Source of the DNA: Akkermansia sp.
GTDB taxonomy: Bacteria; Verrucomicrobiota; Verrucomicrobiia; Verrucomicrobiales; Akkermansiaceae
Direction: 5' to 3'
Assembly (NCBI GenBank): GCA_017558555.1
Contig: JAFYUJ010000057.1
Location: 45,136 to 109,135, forward strand
Length of the DNA: 64,000 nt
Shown here: positions 58,915-64,000 of the stretch, piece by piece
How the letters are laid out: the number at the start of each line of letters is the position of its first letter
Numbering within the stretch: the first letter of the stretch is position 1
The notes under the pieces: model-generated
The model's database searches: none
The model's input: the letters and a program-made list of their open reading frames with translations, nothing else
What the model was told of the DNA's origin: nothing
Program-made: the position numbers and the translations under genes

Positions 58915-60045
58915 TTACACACTTCCTCTGATGGTCTGTCCGTTTTCGGGTGCGGGGAAGCGTGTGGGTGAGATATTGGCTCGTTGAAGTGCTGCTGCGA
59001 GGTCTTGCAGCGTTTCTTCGTAGCCTTCATTGGCCAGTTGCCAGGTGCCGAAGTGGCATGCGATGGCAAGTGGGGCATTGAGTGCCAGGAGTGCGTCCAC
59101 TGCATCTGCGGGGTTGGTGTGGTTGTTACGAATCCATTCGGGCCGATAGGCTCCGATGGGTAGGATCGCTACATCCGGTGCACCGAGGCGTTTGCCGATA
59201 GTGGCAAACCACGTGGTGCGAGCAGTGTCGCCGGCAAAGTAGATGGAGGGACCACCGGCAGGTGCTTTGAGGTAGAATCCACACCAGAGCGAGCGGTTGG
59301 AACTTTCGGTGGTGCGGTAGCGTTTGCTCCAGTGGCGGGCGGGGACAACATGGATGCTCAGCCCCTGATGGGTGATGTGTTGCCACCAATCCATCTCGCT
59401 GACGCGGAGACCGGTGCCGCAGTGGTATTCGAGCAGGCTTTTGAGCCCCAGTGGTACAACGAAATGAGGGTGGTCTCTCTGCTCAAGCTTTTGAAGCGTG
59501 TTGACATCAAAATGATCGTAATGATCATGGGAGATGAGGCACACATCGATGTGCGGAAGCTCATCCCATGCGATGCCTACAGGACGCGTGCGGCAGGGGC
59601 CAAAGCCTTGGACGGGGCTGGTATAGTCGCTCCAGACGGGGTCGGTGAGGATATTGAGCCCGTGGACGCGAATCAGCATGGTGGAGTGATTCACCATAGT
59701 GATTTCCCAGTTGCGCCCGGTAACTTGCGGCGCCAGCTTGGGGGTGTGGTTATTGCGCTCAACTTTGGGGTAATATCCCTTCGATTTGCGGTCTGTGAGC
59801 CAACGCAGAGCTTCGCGCGTGCCCATGGGGAGCTGTGGCTCCGGGTTGTAGAAGTAGGTGCCGTCGAAATGGTCGGTAATGGGGCCTTGCCATTCACCGG
59901 CGCGGCAAAGGGTGCGCGGCAGGAGCCAGTCGACACCCTTTCCCGCTGCAGCCAGAGCACCTACACCCAACAAGCCTTTCAGAAACCATCGGCGGCTGCG
60001 CTTTGGGGGCTGGGGTAGGTGTTGCTCTGGAGTATCGAGGCTCAT
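58915..60045 (-). CDS. Tat-exported MBL-fold hydrolase (NAPE-PLD/RomA-like)
   Basis: SRRWFLK Tat motif; ILTDPVWS, SHDHYDHFD, PARHWS, YFAGDT, LPIGAY, HFGTW. Confidence 0.9.
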   Translation of the reverse strand: MSLDTPEQHLPQPPKRSRRWFLKGLLGVGALAAAGKGVDWLLPRTLCRAGEWQGPITDHFDGTYFYNPEPQLPMGTREALRWLTDRKSKGYYPKVERNNHTPKLAPQVTGRNWEITMVNHSTMLIRVHGLNILTDPVWSDYTSPVQGFGPCRTRPVGIAWDELPHIDVCLISHDHYDHFDVNTLQKLEQRDHPHFVVPLGLKSLLEYHCGTGLRVSEMDWWQHITHQGLSIHVVPARHWSKRYRTTESSNRSLWCGFYLKAPAGGPSIYFAGDTARTTWFATIGKRLGAPDVAILPIGAYRPEWIRNNHTNPADAVDALLALNAPLAIACHFGTWQLANEGYEETLQDLAAALQRANISPTRFPAPENGQTIRGSV

Positions 60046-62300
60046 TCTGCCGCTTCCTCTGTTTCGGGTTCGGCTTCTTCCACCGCTGCATCAGCTGCGG
60101 CTTCATCGTCCATTTCACCTTCATCCTCGTGTGCTTCTTCTTCTTCACCGGAAGAGACATTTGCCAGACGGGGAATGAGGAACTCCATAAGGTTGCCGGG
60201 GGTGAGCAGCTCGGGGGTAATGGCAGGCTCTGCTCCGGGGATATACAGGACGTTCACCGGCACAGAGGTGCGGCCCAGCTTGTGCATTTCCGCATCGATA
60301 TCGGCGTTCTTTTCCGTGGCATCTGCTCGCATCAGAATCACGCCTGCGCGATTGAATTCTGCGTACACTTCGTCAGTATAGGCTGTCATCTTGTTGTACT
60401 GGCACGTGGCGCACCACTTGGCGGTGAAGTCTACGTAGACCGGATGCCCCTCCTGCAGGGCTTCCTGCATGGCAGAGGGCGTCCAGGTTTGCCACTCTGC
60501 CGTTGTGGCAGTGTCTTCGTGCTCTGTGGCAGGCATGCCGCCCCAGATGCCGAGACCGGCCAGGATGATGGCTACCACCAAACCGATGATGCGGCTCTTA
60601 CGGCTGCGGTAGATGGGGCACCAGCGGCCGTATACCCAGAATGCCGAGCAGAAGACCACCAGAGATACCAGGATGAACATGACGGCCAACGGGTCTTCCT
60701 CCGGAGCGAAGGAAAGGTACACCGAAAGCAACCAGGCTGCTGCCAGGAAGAGGCAGAAAGACAAGCCCTGGCGCAGGGATTCCATCCAGGCACCGGGGCG
60801 CGGAAGCTTACTGACGAGTGAGGGGAAGAATCCCAGTACGATGTACGGGAATGCCAGGCCCAGTGCCATGAAGGTGAGGGCTACCACCATCCACACGCCC
60901 GGCAGAGCCATGGCTGCGGGCATGGCTGCACCCAGGAAGGGGGCGGAGCAGGGGGTAGCCACAACGGTGATGAAGAGCCCTTGGAAGAAGGAGCCGGTGA
61001 GACCACCCTTGTTTTGCAGTTTCTGACCGGCACCGGTGGCCGATACGCCGATTTCAAAGACACCGTACATGCTCAGGCCCACTACTGTAAGCAGCAGGGT
61101 GATGGCGTAGATAACCCAGGGGTTCTGCATCCACACAGCCCATTTGCGGGATTCTGAACCGGCATCAGCCCAGAGGGTTTGCAGCCAATCGGTCCAGGGT
61201 GTGTCTGCCAGAGCAGGGGCGTTGGAAAGGACAATGAGCATGATGCCCAGCACCCAGAACGAGATGAGGATACCCAGCACGAATGCAAGAGAATGCAGCA
61301 TGACCTTGGCGCGACTGCCACCCCCCAGCTCAACAAAACTCATAATTTTGAGCCCAATGACGGGGAAGACACAGGGCATGAGGTTCAGAATCAACCCGCC
61401 CAGGAACAAATACAGAATGATACCGCCAAAACCGGCAGGAACGCCGCTGATGCTTTCTTTTTGTGGCTCAATCTGAATGGTGGTGTGCTTGCCATCAAAG
61501 GTGAGAATGCCGCTCAGGGTGGGCAGGGGCTTACCCACGGTCTCCGGATTAGCAGGGGCATACATGTCATTGGTTCCCTTGTTGCGGGGAAGTGTCAGGG
61601 TGTAGGTGTTGCCTTCGCGAGTGAGCGTCTGCACCGCAGCGGGGTCAATGCTGTTATCTTCTGAGAAGAAGTAAGCATCTTTGATATCTTCTTGCCAATC
61701 AAACTTGAGTTGTACGGCATCTTTGGTCTGCGTGGCACGCACTTCTACGGGGGTGTTGCCCAGCACTTCAACCGTTTGCTCCTTGTTGTTCCAATCTGCT
61801 GCGGTTGCGCCGTCGCCGACATTCAGCACCACGGTTGCCGTAGAGTTCTCAGGTGTGCCACACTGGCCTTCCTTGCAGGCCTGAGCTGTGGTGTCGATGC
61901 TGAAAACGGCTTCACCCGAGGCTTGGGGCGTGGGGGTTACTTTCCAAACAGCCACGGCATCAGAGTAGGCATAGGCCACGCTCACGCTGTCTTCTATGCG
62001 GTGAGGCGGCTGCCAGTAGGGGCCTTCTGCCTGGAAGCCTGCGGGAACCTTCAGTTGAGCTGTAATGGGCATGCCCATGGTGCCCGGGTTACGGAAATAT
62101 GTGTGCCAGGGAGATTCTGCACTGGCAGTAAGGCTCACGTAAAAAGCTTCGCCCGGCTTGTAGCTGGTGACACTGGCTTTTGCACTGGTGGTGACCAATG
62201 CCGGCTGCTCATCGCCGAATCCAAAATCCATACCAAACTGTGCCGTCGCCATTTGCGCCGCGCACGCGAGCGCGAGTAATGCAGTGCGGAAGATGTTCAT
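60042..62300 (-). CDS. dsbD: DsbD-family thiol:disulfide interchange protein
   Basis: WHTYFRNPG and CKEGQC N-domain; NLMPCVFPV and ATPCSAPFLG TM domain; thioredoxin FTAKWCATC. Confidence 0.88.
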   Translation of the reverse strand: MNIFRTALLALACAAQMATAQFGMDFGFGDEQPALVTTSAKASVTSYKPGEAFYVSLTASAESPWHTYFRNPGTMGMPITAQLKVPAGFQAEGPYWQPPHRIEDSVSVAYAYSDAVAVWKVTPTPQASGEAVFSIDTTAQACKEGQCGTPENSTATVVLNVGDGATAADWNNKEQTVEVLGNTPVEVRATQTKDAVQLKFDWQEDIKDAYFFSEDNSIDPAAVQTLTREGNTYTLTLPRNKGTNDMYAPANPETVGKPLPTLSGILTFDGKHTTIQIEPQKESISGVPAGFGGIILYLFLGGLILNLMPCVFPVIGLKIMSFVELGGGSRAKVMLHSLAFVLGILISFWVLGIMLIVLSNAPALADTPWTDWLQTLWADAGSESRKWAVWMQNPWVIYAITLLLTVVGLSMYGVFEIGVSATGAGQKLQNKGGLTGSFFQGLFITVVATPCSAPFLGAAMPAAMALPGVWMVVALTFMALGLAFPYIVLGFFPSLVSKLPRPGAWMESLRQGLSFCLFLAAAWLLSVYLSFAPEEDPLAVMFILVSLVVFCSAFWVYGRWCPIYRSRKSRIIGLVVAIILAGLGIWGGMPATEHEDTATTAEWQTWTPSAMQEALQEGHPVYVDFTAKWCATCQYNKMTAYTDEVYAEFNRAGVILMRADATEKNADIDAEMHKLGRTSVPVNVLYIPGAEPAITPELLTPGNLMEFLIPRLANVSSGEEEEAHEDEGEMDDEAAADAAVEEAEPETEEAAE

Positions 62301-62365
62301 GAGAGCTAATGTACCACATGGACCTTATTTCCGCAAGGCTAATAGCTGAATGCTCGCATTTTTGT

Positions 62366-62630
62366 CTTGCTCACTCGTCGTGGGTTCGAATCCCGGAAAA
62401 CAGAAAAGCTCCTCAAATGAGGAGCTTATATGAGAGAGCGGGCGATGGGATTCTACCCGCTCCACCAAGCTCTGCCTGGCGGCAGAGTTCCCTCGCAGCG
62501 GTGGCTGCTCGGCTTGGTGGCAAGTTGCTCGCTTACTCGCACCTTGCCCACTCGTTGTGGGTTCGAATCCCGGAAAACAGAAAAGCTCCCCAAATGAGGA
62601 GCTTATATGAGAGAGCGGGCGATGGGATTC
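62366..62630. repeat. Direct repeat (two ~88-bp copies, period 177 bp) containing the tRNA-Gly 3' end, a terminator and an inverted T-arm
   Basis: 62366-62453 and 62543-62630 are near-identical. Confidence 0.9.
62583..62604 (-). terminator. Terminator of the tRNA-Gly operon (second copy at 62406-62427)
   Basis: Stem AAGCTCC(C/T)C-AAAT-GAGGAGCTT followed by TTCTGTTTT on the minus strand. Confidence 0.75.
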
Positions 62631-62685
62631 GAACCCACGACATCAACCTTGGCAAGGTTGCGCTCTACCACTGAGCTACGCCCGC
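62614..62685 (-). tRNA. tRNA-Gly (GCC)
   Basis: GCGGGCGTAGCTCAGTGGTAGAGCGCAACCTTGCCAAGGTTGATGTCGTGGGTTCGAATCCCATCGCCCGCT: cloverleaf, anticodon GCC. Confidence 0.97.
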
Positions 62686-62725
62686 GTGTCATTGGCTTGC
62701 TGTATGCGGAGCCGACATCTTGGAG

Positions 62726-62797
62726 AGCGGGCGATGGGATTCGAACCCACGACATCAACCTTGGCAAGGTTGCGCTCTACCACTGAGCTACGCCCGC
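62726..62797 (-). tRNA. tRNA-Gly (GCC)
   Basis: Identical 72-nt copy. Confidence 0.97.
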
Positions 62798-62840
62798 ATG
62801 TCATCGGAACGTTTGGTGTACGTCCGGCTGGTTTTGTGAG

Positions 62841-62912
62841 AGCGGGCGATGGGATTCGAACCCACGACATCAACCTTGGCAAGGTTGCGCTCTACCACTG
62901 AGCTACGCCCGC
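62841..62912 (-). tRNA. tRNA-Gly (GCC)
   Basis: Identical 72-nt copy. Confidence 0.97.
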
Positions 62913-62957
62913 ATGTCATTTCTTTAAGCTGTTCGCTTTCGGAATGAGTGCGGACTT

Positions 62958-63004
62958 ATTATACGTAAATCGTGGCGGGAATCAAGCCTTTTTTTAATTT
63001 TTTT
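62958..63004 (-). promoter_or_regulatory. Promoter of the tRNA-Gly operon
   Basis: TTGATT-16-TATAAT on the minus strand with upstream A-tracts (UP-element-like). Confidence 0.7.
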
Positions 63005-63221
63005 GAAATAATTTCATGCGATGAATGCTTTTTGATTTATTTTCAGTTGTTTTGTTCGCTGGAAAATCTTTTCATGAAAAAAACGTGCATGGTAACATGC
63101 TTTTTGCTTTTCAAAAGGGGAGTAAACTGCTAGAATAGCGCTGCGTAGAATGAGTATGCGGTAGAGTTATCTCTACAGCGTCCGTTTTTCCTACCCATAT
63201 ACCCAACGAGAAAGACAAACT

Positions 63222-64000
63222 ATGGCTATTGACCCTAAATTACTTGAGGAGCTGGAGACTCGCCGCAAAAAGGTGATTCTTTCCGGTGGTCAGGAAAAGA
63301 TTGACCAGCGCCATGCCAAGGGCGACTGGACAGCGCGCGAGCGCGTTGATTGCTTGTACGATGCCGGTTCCTTTACGGAAATCGGAATGCATACGCGGCA
63401 TCATTGCAGCAATTTCGGCATGCTGGACAAGTACATCCCCGGTGAGGGTATTGTATCCGGGTTTGGTTTGGTGGATGGCCGTCCCGTAGCCGCTGTATCC
63501 GCAGATTTCATGGCTCAGGGTGGTTCACTGGGGTATATGCATGCTCAGAAAATTTGTGATGCGCAGCAGTATGCGCTCAAGGCCGGTATGCCCATCATTC
63601 AGATGAATGACTCCGGTGGTGCCCGACTTCAGGAAGGGGTAGATTCCCTCACCGGCTTTGCCAATGTTTTCTACAACAACGTGGCTGCCAGCGGTGTTGT
63701 GCCTCAGATTTCTCTTATCCTTGGCCCCTGCGCAGGCGGTGCTGCTTATTCTCCCGCCCTGACAGACTTCATCATCATCCGCAAGGGTGGTGCAGCCGGT
63801 ATGTACATCACGGGACCCAAGGTGATTGAGCAGGTGACGTACGAAAAGTGCACCATGGAAGAAATTGGCGGTGCTGCCGTGCATTCCTCTGTTTCCGGCA
63901 ATGCTCACTTTGTTGCTGAAACGGATGAGGATGCCATCAACATTGCCAAGCGTTTGCTCACCTATCTGCCGTCCAACAACACGCAGGATCCTCCCCACGA
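63222..64000 (+). CDS. Acyl-CoA carboxyltransferase subunit (methylmalonyl-CoA decarboxylase alpha / PccB family), truncated by the window end
   Basis: Not in the ORF track. Manual translation MAIDPKLL...GGQEKIDQRHAKGDWTARER...GGSLG...DSGGARLQEG...PQISLILGPCAGGAAYSPALTDF...ITGPKV. Confidence 0.92.
   Translation, partial: MAIDPKLLEELETRRKKVILSGGQEKIDQRHAKGDWTARERVDCLYDAGSFTEIGMHTRHHCSNFGMLDKYIPGEGIVSGFGLVDGRPVAAVSADFMAQGGSLGYMHAQKICDAQQYALKAGMPIIQMNDSGGARLQEGVDSLTGFANVFYNNVAASGVVPQISLILGPCAGGAAYSPALTDFIIIRKGGAAGMYITGPKVIEQVTYEKCTMEEIGGAAVHSSVSGNAHFVAETDEDAINIAKRLLTYLPSNNTQDPPH

Noticed and set aside
62309-62901. ORFs 62309-62674, 62676-62882 and 62686-62901
   Set aside because: Translations of tRNA genes and repeats.
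62366-62912. Regularly spaced repeats resembling a CRISPR array
   Set aside because: The repeats are 72-nt tRNA genes and tRNA-end duplications; there are no cas genes.
63286-63998. ORFs 63286-63489 (+) and 63525-63998 (-)
   Set aside because: Alternative frames of the carboxyltransferase gene starting at 63222.

Overview
A 64 kb, gene-dense bacterial chromosome window. Gene content and protein style suggest Verrucomicrobiota/Akkermansia-like; this is inference, not a database result. Most of it is housekeeping: asnS, panC, lipA, type III glnA, rpoD, efp, gatB, secA, argA, rtcB, hrpA, hemW, nagB, fucO, coaD, dsbD, three tRNA-Gly(GCC) and a truncated acyl-CoA carboxyltransferase. Two probable conflict/defence systems stand out. 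(1) An AT-richer, integrase-free island (~12.4-23.0 kb) carries a five-gene operon: a TM-anchored coiled-coil protein, a TM+coiled-coil McrB-type AAA+ NTPase (NxD variant), a DUF2357/McrC-like protein, a degenerate Hsp70-like protein and a UPF1-like SF1 helicase fused to a Vsr/DUF559-type nuclease. It is closest to the computationally described coiled-coil McrBC (CoCoNuT type III-like) systems, appears membrane-tethered, and is followed by an ankyrin gene remnant. (2) A TRAFAC GTPase + GAP1-N2-like + membrane protein operon lies at 3.6-10.2 kb. Other signals: pervasive leaderless-type promoters (ATG 5-10 nt after the -10 box), a sigma70 with a duplicated region 1.1 and a histone-H1-like repeat tail, EF-P with a PPR34M loop, a structured rtcB leader, an A6 frameshift at the start of a YafK-like gene, and a 177-bp tRNA-3'-end repeat containing an inverted T-arm. 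All family assignments come from motif recognition by eye; no searches were run.
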